A stretch of DNA of 46,125 nt from Escherichia coli (GTDB lineage Bacteria; Pseudomonadota; Gammaproteobacteria; Enterobacterales; Enterobacteriaceae): assembly GCF_965641715.1 (NCBI RefSeq), contig NZ_OZ282456.1. One strand, written 5' to 3'. Position 1 is the first letter of the stretch. The number at the start of each line of letters is the position of its first letter. The notes under the pieces are model-generated. The model did no database searches. It saw nothing but the letters and a program-made list of their open reading frames with translations, and was not told the DNA's origin. Positions 16,786 through 25,581 of the stretch are shown piece by piece. The translations under genes were made by a program, and so were the position numbers.

Positions 16786-16895
16786 TTATATAATTATAGA
16801 TTTATATAAAAAGTGCTTTACAGGTGGGAAAAAATTTCCTAAGGTTATACCCGAAACCGAGCGATACCCGCCCTGGTTAAACCGGAGATAACCCG
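16786..16895 (+). promoter_or_regulatory. Copy C of the triplicated promoter-leader element
   Basis: Near-identical to copies A and B; ends at the ATG of 16896. Confidence 0.55.
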
Positions 16896-17165
16896 ATGAA
16901 AGTACAAGACCGTGAAGTAGTAAAAAACCTCCTGCAATACCTGACCTCAAAAAACCTGACGGGCAGCGTTGAGTTCCGTGAAGCGTTAAAACATTTCAAC
17001 GTCACTACGGTTTATCGTTGGGAAAACGAACATTCTGAAAGACCGTATGTGGTGGATGTTTTTGCGCCTGATATTGAGTGCGGTTTTGAGCGTCATTCGT
17101 TCAAGGAGAAACATTCCGCTGATGTTTTTTGTGAGGTTGTATGTGCGGCAGGAGATGATGAGTGA
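16896..17165 (+). CDS. Hypothetical protein (driven by promoter-leader copy C)
   Basis: 89-aa ORF directly after the conserved leader. Confidence 0.4.
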   Translation: MKVQDREVVKNLLQYLTSKNLTGSVEFREALKHFNVTTVYRWENEHSERPYVVDVFAPDIECGFERHSFKEKHSADVFCEVVCAAGDDE

Positions 17166-17362
17166 TGCGTATTTCCTTCAAACGTGCGACTGAGCAGCAA
17201 CGCAAAGAGTTCCTGGCTGATGATGTAGCGGCCGTTTATGACCTCATGAAAGAGGTTGTGGAATCAGGGAACTACACGGCGGCAAAGATGCTTAAACTGC
17301 AATTCTTGCTGGGCGACCTGAAATACAAATCCGAAGTTGTCGCCGGACGACGCGAGCATTAA
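17162..17362 (+). CDS. Hypothetical protein
   Basis: 66-aa ORF with overlapping start (ATGA) to the upstream gene. Confidence 0.35.
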   Translation: MMRISFKRATEQQRKEFLADDVAAVYDLMKEVVESGNYTAAKMLKLQFLLGDLKYKSEVVAGRREH

Positions 17363-17384
17363 ACCGTAACGATAACGAACAACG

Positions 17385-17411
17385 AGCCTCGGCAATTGCC
17401 GGGGCTTTTTT
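17385..17411 (+). terminator. Rho-independent terminator
   Basis: AGCCTCGG-CAATTG-CCGGGGCT hairpin followed by TTTTTT. Confidence 0.5.
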
Positions 17412-17436
17412 ACATCCAGACAAAGGAGAACATGGG

Positions 17437-17892
17437 ATGCCTTCGACAAGCACCAAAAAAGAAATGGCGATTAGTGATGTGCTGTACGCGCTTTCGATTA
17501 TGTGTGACGGAGCAATGATGAGGATGAAAGTCCTCCATGAAGCATACGGAAAAAGTCACGACGAGGCAGCCAAAGAGTGCCTGAATGAGATTGTGGACTT
17601 CATTGATAGCCATCGGTCGCTGATAGCTCTCGATAACCAGCCTCAAGCCGAAGAATGCCAGAAGCGCGAGTATAAAACGATATATGGGAATAAGTTCTCC
17701 TGTCTAAGCGAGTTGGCTGCAAAGGTGGCCGACATTCTGGAGAACAACGGCGGTCGAATGCGTCAGGTTAGCTATCAGTCTGAATATGAAGCTCTAATCA
17801 TGTTAGTTGATCAGTTAGTTGATACCGGAGCTTTACAGCTCAACTGCGTAAGGCTATCTGGTCATCCGATAAAAATGAATGGAAGGATATAA
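17437..17892 (+). CDS. Hypothetical protein
   Basis: 151-aa ORF; no recognisable family. Confidence 0.4.
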   Translation: MPSTSTKKEMAISDVLYALSIMCDGAMMRMKVLHEAYGKSHDEAAKECLNEIVDFIDSHRSLIALDNQPQAEECQKREYKTIYGNKFSCLSELAAKVADILENNGGRMRQVSYQSEYEALIMLVDQLVDTGALQLNCVRLSGHPIKMNGRI

Positions 17893-17894
17893 CC

Positions 17895-18101
17895 GTGGAC
17901 TTGCCGAGTGATTTGTTCTGGTTTCCGCTTCCAATAAGAGATTTGTTGGTATTTCTGGCTGGCGCTTACGTCTGGAGAAAAGCGAAAGACACCTCGTTAT
18001 CTTTGAGGTTTGTCTTAGCTATATCGGTAGGAACCGCGCTGGGGACGGCGTATCTCTTGACATTACTGGAGATATTCATTGAAGAATGGATAGTTTCATG
18101 A
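17895..18101 (+). CDS. Small membrane protein
   Basis: 68 aa with two hydrophobic segments. Confidence 0.35.
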   Translation: MDLPSDLFWFPLPIRDLLVFLAGAYVWRKAKDTSLSLRFVLAISVGTALGTAYLLTLLEIFIEEWIVS

Positions 18102-18250
18102 ATGGTGTTGGCATTTTTCTGATGGTTGTGGCCGTGTGTTTTTGTATCTCGCTGGTGGTTATTGCTGGTGTCCTGTGGCGCATCTTAGTGGCGCAGAGAG
18201 CTTTTCGGCGTAAGCGGGAGCAATTATTGATTGATAAATTTAGGCAGTAA
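18098..18250 (+). CDS. Small membrane protein (50 aa, below the track cut-off)
   Basis: ATG at 18098 overlaps the upstream stop (ATGA); MNGVGIFLMVVAVCFCISLVVIAGVLWRILVAQRAFRRKREQLLIDKFRQ. Confidence 0.25.
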   Translation: MNGVGIFLMVVAVCFCISLVVIAGVLWRILVAQRAFRRKREQLLIDKFRQ

Positions 18251-18336
18251 TTGGTCGATTAAAATGAGGCATAAATAAAACAATGTGTCTTTTTTAAAGG
18301 TTGTGTAACATTTGCGTTCCATTTAAGGAGGGTAAA

Positions 18337-18744
18337 ATGCGCACCGATCTAGATTATCTAAAAAAGATGCTGACTGTGTTTTTGGATTCAGAAAGCACGT
18401 TCATAACAGTAAATCAACTAAGAGATGCGGGGTTTGATATAGCCTCAGAAAAGGGCATGTTTCATTATATGCAATTGATTGAGCAAGGTTTTATCAGCAA
18501 TATGAAGATGGAAACGCGTGATCCTCTGCGTCTTGGCTATGTTAATTCCTTTGCAGGAATGAGGACTGTTGATGTAGATATTAGATTGACTACAGAGGGA
18601 CAGGATTTTGCCTGTGCACTAGAGAGCAAAGATGTTTTCGCTAGACTAAAAGAAATTAGCAATGAGCCATTGGCTGTTATGAAGGATGTTGGTGTAGAAC
18701 TTCTCAAGTCATTGGCAAAGAAGAAGTTTGGTTTATCTGATTAG
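18337..18744 (+). CDS. Hypothetical protein
   Basis: ATG at 18337 preceded by AAGGAGGG; track frame 18301-18744. Confidence 0.4.
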   Translation: MRTDLDYLKKMLTVFLDSESTFITVNQLRDAGFDIASEKGMFHYMQLIEQGFISNMKMETRDPLRLGYVNSFAGMRTVDVDIRLTTEGQDFACALESKDVFARLKEISNEPLAVMKDVGVELLKSLAKKKFGLSD

Positions 18745-18772
18745 TGCAGATACCTGTTTGCTATTTATTTAT

Positions 18773-18802
18773 AAAACCACCTGCGGGTGGTTTTGTTTTT
18801 TT
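18773..18802 (+). terminator. Rho-independent terminator
   Basis: AAAACCACC-TGCG-GGTGGTTTT hairpin followed by a T-run. Confidence 0.55.
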
Positions 18803-19036
18803 AGCATTACAGCAGCTCTTGTGCTTACCAGGGGCTGCGATAATGCGCAAACCAAAGCTGCCTCATTAACTCCAGCTCGCTGTAGAGTTAATGCTGGTTG
18901 CTTTTTTATTACTGGAAGGTGGGCGACCGCCGTCAGTTGCGACCTGACGACAGTCATTCATACCCACAGGGTGCCGTGGATACAAACCGAGGCCCACTTG
19001 CTTGCACAAGCGAGGGGATTTTAGCGGATAAACGGC

Positions 19037-19660
19037 ATGACAAAACATCTTAATGTGGTTTCTTTACCACTTTCTGTGTTGATTGGTTATGAAAAGAACG
19101 CTCGCACACACTCCGTGGAGCAGGTAGATCAGATTGTTGCCAGCATACAGGAGTACGGATGGACTAATCCGATCCTGATAGACGAGAACAACGTTGTAAT
19201 TGCTGGTCATGGTCGAATTGCTGCGGCCACTCAGTTGGGGATGGATGATGTTCCCTGCATTGTTCTGGAAGGGCTAACGGAGAATCAGAAGAAGGCATAT
19301 CGTCTGGCCGACAACCGTATTCCGCTGAATGCTGGTTGGGATGAAGAGCTGTTAAGCGCGGAGCTTGCAGATCTTGCGGCCGATGATTTTGCTCTGGACT
19401 CAATTGGTTTTACTCAGCGCGAACTGGATAACTTATTGAGTGCGGCAGTCTACGATGACACAGAGGGTATGGATATCCCATTTGAGAAGGATGAGGCCAA
19501 ATCAGGCGTAAAAGTTCAGTACCTGTCATTTGGAGGTCATAAAATCCCGGCAACGGATGAGGAAGCGGATCGTTTTGACTGCGCGGTGTCTCGTTATGTT
19601 GATGATAATGGCAGCTATATCGGATTTGTATCCGCATTGCTGGCTGGGGAGGTGTGCTGA
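19037..19660 (+). CDS. ParB N-terminal (ParB/Srx-like nuclease) domain protein
   Basis: Motifs YEKNARTHS and VIAGHGR typical of ParB-like domains found in phages; paralogous to 22327-22917. Confidence 0.6.
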   Translation: MTKHLNVVSLPLSVLIGYEKNARTHSVEQVDQIVASIQEYGWTNPILIDENNVVIAGHGRIAAATQLGMDDVPCIVLEGLTENQKKAYRLADNRIPLNAGWDEELLSAELADLAADDFALDSIGFTQRELDNLLSAAVYDDTEGMDIPFEKDEAKSGVKVQYLSFGGHKIPATDEEADRFDCAVSRYVDDNGSYIGFVSALLAGEVC

Positions 19661-21033
19661 TGCTTCACCTCAATTACGACATAACGCACCTACGCGGCGC
19701 GGAATATAACCCGCGTTTTATCGGTGAGGATGATCTTGCGAGGCTGGCAGAAAGCGTCAGGGAGCTGGGGCTTGTGAAGCCATTGATAGTGCGCGGCGAT
19801 TTGCTGGTGGCGGGACACCAAAGGACGAAGGCGCTACGTAAGTTGGGAATAACGCGTGCTGCGGTGTATGTGTTGCCCTGTGAAACGACGGTATACGACG
19901 AAGTACGGTTTAACCAACTGCATAACGGAACGGATTTTGATAGCGGAGATGAGCGTTGCAGGGTGTCCGGTCTGGAAGATAAGCATGGTTTTGTTCAGGT
20001 ATCGGCAAGCCAGATCTCAGGCAATATGCGCGCGAAAATGGCATATGTTCGAAAGAACATAGCGGAACTGGTTATCAAGTATGGTCCGTGGGGGGGTTGT
20101 GTTGCGACTCAGTCTGGCGAGGTTATTCACTGTGCTCAGTATGCATTAGCAGCGAAGATGACGCGCACACCGCTAACGGTGTTTGTGATCCCTGATGTTG
20201 AGAAGGAAAAATACCAAAGTTATCTGAATAAAACTTATGGTGTATTTGAGTATTCTCATCTGGAGAAAACAACATACATCCAGACGTATGCGCAGCTTAT
20301 GCGGTTGCGTAATGGTGGCAGCCTGAAATCAAACCTGTATGAGTCGTTGATCCTCCCGATCATTGCCAAGACGCCAAGAGGAATTGATTTTGGTTCGGGG
20401 CAGGGAGACTACGCGCGAATGCTCAGGGCAAAGGGGTATAACCTGCATGATCTCGAGCTTTTCCGCCGTAAGGGCGCAGGAAACACTCTGGATAGGGCTG
20501 CAACAAACCGAATGATTGATACGCTGGTGGACGACTTAAAAACGCGAGGGCGTTACGACTACGTGATTTGCGATAGCGTTTTGAACTCGGTCGATAGTGT
20601 CGAGGCTGAATGGTCCGTTCTGACGGTTCTGAAAGGCCTGTGTAAAGCTGGTGGGTCAATATTCTTTTCTGGTCGTAGCCGTGGAGAGCTGGAAACAGTC
20701 CTGAAGCAAACACAAGCGGCGAGTTCCAAAAGCCGGCTTTATTTTATTGATCATAACGGTTTTACCGCGTTGTACCGGAAGGGGCACTGGTTTTACCAGA
20801 AGTTTCACTCTGATGATGAAGTGAAGCAGTTGTGTCGTGTACATGGTTTCAGGATTAAGCGGTCAATATTCAACTGTAAGAGCTGGTATTTGCACGTCAT
20901 TAACGATGATTCCCTTAGTTGGGCGAGTCTGGAGAAAGCTGTTCGTTTTGAGTTTGAGTTGCCGTTGCCTGGTGGTTCAACAATCGGACGATCTGATGAT
21001 GTGCTGGCGGCTTTCCGGCCGTTGATTAAGTAG
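19654..21033 (+). CDS. ParB-N-terminal-domain protein fused to a Rossmann-type SAM methyltransferase-like domain (no DPPY/NPPY motif seen)
   Basis: N-terminal LVAGHQRTKA ParB-like motif; GIDFGSGQGDYA glycine-rich motif and YDYVICDSVL; no PP[YFW] catalytic motif found by eye. Confidence 0.45.
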   Translation: MLMLHLNYDITHLRGAEYNPRFIGEDDLARLAESVRELGLVKPLIVRGDLLVAGHQRTKALRKLGITRAAVYVLPCETTVYDEVRFNQLHNGTDFDSGDERCRVSGLEDKHGFVQVSASQISGNMRAKMAYVRKNIAELVIKYGPWGGCVATQSGEVIHCAQYALAAKMTRTPLTVFVIPDVEKEKYQSYLNKTYGVFEYSHLEKTTYIQTYAQLMRLRNGGSLKSNLYESLILPIIAKTPRGIDFGSGQGDYARMLRAKGYNLHDLELFRRKGAGNTLDRAATNRMIDTLVDDLKTRGRYDYVICDSVLNSVDSVEAEWSVLTVLKGLCKAGGSIFFSGRSRGELETVLKQTQAASSKSRLYFIDHNGFTALYRKGHWFYQKFHSDDEVKQLCRVHGFRIKRSIFNCKSWYLHVINDDSLSWASLEKAVRFEFELPLPGGSTIGRSDDVLAAFRPLIK

Positions 21034-21049
21034 TGTGTAGGAGGCGCTG

Positions 21050-21769
21050 GTGGCTGACAGAATTGAGATAAAGATGGATTTTTCTTCTCAGGATATTCAA
21101 CGACAACTCCAGCGCCTTGAAGAACGCGAATTGCCGTTCGCAATGGCGCTTGCGGCAACCAGAACGGCAAAGGCTTCTCAGGCTGCGATTAAGAATGAAA
21201 TTAATCGGGTATTTGACAGGCCCACGCCGTGGATTCAGAACTCTACTTACGTTTTGGCCGCAAAGAAGAGTGATCCTACAGCCATTGTGTATGCTCGTGA
21301 ATGGGGAGGAACGCCAGCCCCTGTAACGTTGACTCCGCAAATCGAAGGTGGCCAACGACAGTACAAACGCTCAGAAGGGGCGCTAAGGGCTGGTGGATAT
21401 TTGCCTAACGGCTGGCAGCTTGCTCCTGGTCCCGGCGCAAAGCTGGACAAATACGGGAATATTTCGCGGGGGCAATTACAGCAGGTCTTATCTGGCCTAA
21501 GAGTTCAGCGAGATGCGCATCAAAATCGCCGTCAGGGCAAGCCTACGGAGTTTTTTGTTGTTCGACCTGGTACAAGTAACCCGCTTCAACCAGGCGTCTG
21601 GCAGCGCGTTGGGCGGCGTCCTACGTTGATCCTTACGTTTATCCAGCAACCTAACTATTCGCAGCGTCTTGATTGGCATGGCGTGGCGCTGCGTGCTGGT
21701 GAGGATGCGTTTGCTGATGAAGTCACAAAGGCTATTGATGACATTCTTTCTAAGACCTTCTCTCGTTAA
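21050..21769 (+). CDS. Hypothetical protein
   Basis: 239-aa ORF between the ParB-like genes; no recognisable family. Confidence 0.4.
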   Translation: MADRIEIKMDFSSQDIQRQLQRLEERELPFAMALAATRTAKASQAAIKNEINRVFDRPTPWIQNSTYVLAAKKSDPTAIVYAREWGGTPAPVTLTPQIEGGQRQYKRSEGALRAGGYLPNGWQLAPGPGAKLDKYGNISRGQLQQVLSGLRVQRDAHQNRRQGKPTEFFVVRPGTSNPLQPGVWQRVGRRPTLILTFIQQPNYSQRLDWHGVALRAGEDAFADEVTKAIDDILSKTFSR

Positions 21770-21959
21770 TCATCGTGTGGTTGATGGTGTTGTTATGCAG
21801 AGTGTATTCACTGTGTTCTGTAGTGTCGCTCGCTGGCTGTCTGTGGGGGAGCACGAGCATCGTTTCATCGTCCGGCAGAATTGGGTCCTTCTGGCCAAAA
21901 GCGTTGGATGCGGGTCATTCGAACCCCGATGTTCGGCTAGCTAAACGTGAAAAAAGTTA

Positions 21960-22326
21960 GGTTAAAAGTTGCGGTAAAAGAAATTTACTCATCTCATTGA
22001 AAAATATCGGGAAAACGTGATTTTTTGCTGTATTTGTGCTGGTAAAAAGAAAGTAGAAAATTTTCTTTTAGATCATCAAGATACGCGCAGATCTTTAACC
22101 AATGTGATGTTGTTCTGATAAAAATCGTTATAAATCATGCAAATACATCCAATCTTTTAACCAAAACACTATCGCAAGATCCTTTTTACTTATAAAAACT
22201 TAATAAAATCATATAATTATGCTGGTTTGTGTGATTTTTTATGAGTAAAAAGATCGTCATTTTTCTCTTTTAGTATCAATAAGTTAAACAGTTTTCTTTA
22301 ACCTGTTGTGTTATGGCGGTTAAAAA
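21960..22326. other. AT-rich non-coding region with GATC-containing motifs and short direct repeats; candidate cos/packaging or regulatory region
   Basis: About 370 bp without a credible ORF; AGATCA, AGATCT, AGATCC and AGATCG motifs; ATCTTTTAACCAA repeated at 22087-22100 and 22151-22164. Confidence 0.3.
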
Positions 22327-22917
22327 ATGGCTCTAAAAATCGAATATTTACCAGTCGGTAAGCTGCTCAGATATGCCAAAAATTCACGGACTCATTCAGA
22401 TGAGCAAGTTGAACAGTTGGTGAACAGTATCCGTGAGTTCGGTTTCACTAATCCTGTGCTGATCGATGAAAAGAATGAACTGATTGCGGGGCATGGGCGG
22501 CTTGCAGCAGCCGAAATTCTGGAAATGGATAAAGTTCCGGCGATTCGGTTGAGTAACCTTTCTGAAAAACAGAAGAAGGCGTACAGGATTGCAGATAACA
22601 AGCTGGCCTTAAATGCTGGCTGGGATATGCAGCTTCTGGCCGAAGAAGTCAAAGAGTTAATGGATGATGATTTTGATATTGATCTGCTTGGGTTTAATGA
22701 TGCAGAGCTTGACGAAATGTTAAGCGATGAACAGCCGCAGGAAGAAGACGATAATTCTTCCCCTGTTGTTCAAATTAAGTACCTGGCTATTGATCAAGAA
22801 CGTATTCCCGCGACGGATATGGAAATTGCATTGTTGCTGGATGTTTATCGTCAGTACCACGACGCGCATGAAACGCATGAGGGATTTGTTCAGTATCTTG
22901 CTAATGGTTGCAAGTAA
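22327..22917 (+). CDS. ParB N-terminal (ParB/Srx-like nuclease) domain protein
   Basis: YAKNSRTHS and LIAGHGR motifs; similar over about 130 aa to the 19037-19660 product. Confidence 0.6.
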   Translation: MALKIEYLPVGKLLRYAKNSRTHSDEQVEQLVNSIREFGFTNPVLIDEKNELIAGHGRLAAAEILEMDKVPAIRLSNLSEKQKKAYRIADNKLALNAGWDMQLLAEEVKELMDDDFDIDLLGFNDAELDEMLSDEQPQEEDDNSSPVVQIKYLAIDQERIPATDMEIALLLDVYRQYHDAHETHEGFVQYLANGCK

Positions 22918-23468
22918 TGGCCATCGTCAGTAAGTCAGAGTTTGCCCGCCGGAAAGGTATTTCTCCGGCAATGGTTACGAAGCTCTGTCGTTCCGGTCGC
23001 ATTCCAGTGCTGAAAAGCGGCAAGCTGGATTTTGATAAAGCCAGTGCGGCTTATGAAGCGAGCCGACAGGTTGGTCGTGAGGTATCTGCTGAAAATGGAA
23101 AAAGAGGGCATGGGATATCTTCGGAACAACCAGAGTTACCCGCTGATGATGCCGGATTAGCTGGTGGTACTTCCGGTGTTGCGGTGCAATTCAACAAGGC
23201 TAAGACCGCAGAAAAAATTTATCAGGCAAAGCTGAAACGCCTTGAATTTGAAGAAAAGGAAGGCTCTCTCATCGCTAAAGATGCGGTCAGGGATGATGCA
23301 TTTCTGGCAGCTAATGAATTGCGTAGCCGCTTATTTAGTATTGCTCCAAGAGCAGCTCCCCGTTGTGAAGGCAAAACAGCCAGGGAGATCGAACGCATTA
23401 TTGAAGACGAGATTAATTTTGCGCTTCAGGCGCTCCAGGAATCCCGATTTATTAAGCAGGAAGAATAA
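22917..23468 (+). CDS. Terminase small subunit
   Basis: N-terminal HTH-like SKSEFARRKGISPAMVTKLCRSGRIP; immediately upstream of the large terminase; ATG at 22917 overlaps the upstream stop (TAATG). Confidence 0.5.
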   Translation: MAIVSKSEFARRKGISPAMVTKLCRSGRIPVLKSGKLDFDKASAAYEASRQVGREVSAENGKRGHGISSEQPELPADDAGLAGGTSGVAVQFNKAKTAEKIYQAKLKRLEFEEKEGSLIAKDAVRDDAFLAANELRSRLFSIAPRAAPRCEGKTAREIERIIEDEINFALQALQESRFIKQEE

Positions 23469-23473
23469 ACCTC

Positions 23474-25330
23474 ATGGGCGAAACAGTATGGAGCACCGCT
23501 TTTTTCCGTGCGCTTCGCCCTAAATCACGGCTAACTGTTTCCGAATGGGCTGATAAGTATCGTCATGTAGCGCCGGGAACGTCTCCAGAGCCAGGGCCGT
23601 GGCGTACAAGCCGAGTGCCATATTTGCGTGAACCAATGGATGTTATTGGTGACGCTGATACAGAAACAGTAGTGATGCAATGTAGCTCGCAAATTGGTAA
23701 ATCCGAATTACAGCTAAATGTTATGGGTTACTTTGCAGATCAGGAGCCATCTCCTCAGTTGATGATTTATCCAACGGTAGAGGCGGCTGAGGCTTTTTCA
23801 AAAGAGCGTATTGATCCGACGTTCAAATATTCCCCTGGTTTGAAACACAAGCTGCATGAAGGGAAAGAGGGGCGCGGTGCAGCCAAAAAGTCCAGCACGA
23901 CTATACGTATGAAGCATTACGCTGGTGGATATATAGCACTTGTTGGTGCTAATTCCCCAGCAGGTCTTGCATCCAGGCCAATTCGAATACTGTTAGCTGA
24001 TGAGATTGATCGTTACGGTGTGACGCAGGAGGGCGACCCACTAAAACTAGGTATTCAGCGTACTACCAACTTTCATAATCGTAAGAAAGTTTTTGTTTCT
24101 ACTCCTGTTTTGGAGGAAACGAGCAAAATCCACAAGTGGTTTAAGCTCTCCGATCAGCGTTACTACCATGTTCCTTGCCCATGTTGTGGCACCATGCAGG
24201 TGATGAAATGGTCGCAAGTCAGATGGGATAAGAGCGATTCAGGTGAGGCGTTACCGGAAACGGCCAGATATGAGTGCTGTGAGTGCGGCGGGATTATGCG
24301 CGGATCTGGTAAACCAGACGTTGATTGGTTGGCGAAGGGGGTATGGATAGCTGAACATACTGGAGTTAAAGGTATTGTTGGTTTTCATATTAACAGTCTT
24401 TACTCCCCGTGGGTTGCATTGTCAGAGCTGGTTGAAGAATTTACGGAAGCAACCAGAAACCGCGATAAAAATGGATTAATGGAGTTTATTAACCTTAAGC
24501 TGGGTGAGCCATGGAAAGAGGATGCTAAAGACGATATCGATCCTGAATACTTGTTGCAACGCAGAATAAGGTTTGAAGAGTTTTTACCAGATGATGTTTT
24601 ATTGTTAAGTGCTGGTGTTGACGTACAGGACACGTATTTAGTTTGTGAATTGGTCGGTTGGGGAAAAGGTAAGGAGTCATGGGGGATAGAATATAAAATA
24701 TTCCCAGGTGATCCCGCACAAGATGTTGTCTGGAAACAACTTGATGAATACTTACTCCGTAGCTGGTCATTCCGTGACGGTCGAAAATTACAGATTTCTT
24801 CCGTTTGTATTGACTCTGGTGGGCATTTTACGACAGAGGTATATCGCTTTACTAAGCCGAGAGAATCAAGGCGAATATACTCTATCAGGGGGCGTGGTGG
24901 GGTAGGTTTACCATTTATAGGAAAGCCAAGTAATAATAACCGTGTGGGTGCTATGTTGTTTAATTTGGGGGTTGATGATGGTAAAGGGACCATCATGGCA
25001 AGAATTAAACTACATGATCCTGGTCCTGGTTATATGCATTTCCCATTAGATTCTGACAGAGGATATGATACCGAATACTTTAAAGGATTATTATCAGAGA
25101 AGAAAATATTTGAATATAAAAATGGGCAGACAAAAGAAAAGTGGGTGAAAGTCTACGAGCGTAACGAGCCTCTTGATTGCCGTAACTATGCAACTGCCGC
25201 GATGGAAATTCTGAACCCTAATTTTAACTGGCTTGCCGAACAGGAAATGCGAGGTAATGTGTATGTGCAGAACTCGTCAGGTATACGTAGAAGACGCCGT
25301 AGAGTTATAAGTAAAGGCGTAACCATATAG
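23474..25330 (+). CDS. Terminase large subunit (lambda gpA-like)
   Basis: 618 aa; Walker A-like QCSSQIGKSE; overall layout of GpA-family terminases. Confidence 0.85.
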   Translation: MGETVWSTAFFRALRPKSRLTVSEWADKYRHVAPGTSPEPGPWRTSRVPYLREPMDVIGDADTETVVMQCSSQIGKSELQLNVMGYFADQEPSPQLMIYPTVEAAEAFSKERIDPTFKYSPGLKHKLHEGKEGRGAAKKSSTTIRMKHYAGGYIALVGANSPAGLASRPIRILLADEIDRYGVTQEGDPLKLGIQRTTNFHNRKKVFVSTPVLEETSKIHKWFKLSDQRYYHVPCPCCGTMQVMKWSQVRWDKSDSGEALPETARYECCECGGIMRGSGKPDVDWLAKGVWIAEHTGVKGIVGFHINSLYSPWVALSELVEEFTEATRNRDKNGLMEFINLKLGEPWKEDAKDDIDPEYLLQRRIRFEEFLPDDVLLLSAGVDVQDTYLVCELVGWGKGKESWGIEYKIFPGDPAQDVVWKQLDEYLLRSWSFRDGRKLQISSVCIDSGGHFTTEVYRFTKPRESRRIYSIRGRGGVGLPFIGKPSNNNRVGAMLFNLGVDDGKGTIMARIKLHDPGPGYMHFPLDSDRGYDTEYFKGLLSEKKIFEYKNGQTKEKWVKVYERNEPLDCRNYATAAMEILNPNFNWLAEQEMRGNVYVQNSSGIRRRRRRVISKGVTI

Positions 25331-25341
25331 AGGAAATATAA

Positions 25342-25581
25342 ATGAACAATGAAGCATTTTCTCTGACTGAAGCCAGAGAGATGTTATCTGTCTGGCGGGA
25401 AGCATATCGCGCTATTGCTATTGGCGGTCAGTCATATAAATTTGGTACGCGGCAGTTAACTCGTGCGGATTTATCAGAAGTCAGAAAAGAGATGGATTAC
25501 TGGCGTAATGAAGTAGAAAGATTATCAGCAGGTATACGCCGAGGCCCACGAATTAAACGAGTGGTGATAAGAGATTTATGA
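25342..25581 (+). CDS. Head-tail joining protein (gpW-like)
   Basis: 79 aa between large terminase and portal, as in lambda. Confidence 0.5.
   Translation: MNNEAFSLTEAREMLSVWREAYRAIAIGGQSYKFGTRQLTRADLSEVRKEMDYWRNEVERLSAGIRRGPRIKRVVIRDL

Noticed and set aside
3004-16812. Repeated AT-rich elements considered as a CRISPR array
   Set aside because: Copies are dispersed over 14 kb at irregular spacing, occur in both orientations and are not separated by unique spacers of uniform length; no cas genes present.
19037-19660. YVDD tetrapeptide in the ParB-like protein, considered as a reverse-transcriptase motif
   Set aside because: Single tetrapeptide in a 207-aa ParB-like context with none of the other reverse-transcriptase motifs; no retron or diversity-generating element is supported.
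24400-24996. 198-aa antisense ORF inside the large terminase gene, and similar antisense ORFs inside tail and tape-measure genes
   Set aside because: They are fully embedded opposite strongly supported coding genes and have Ser/Pro-rich, low-complexity translations typical of antisense frames.
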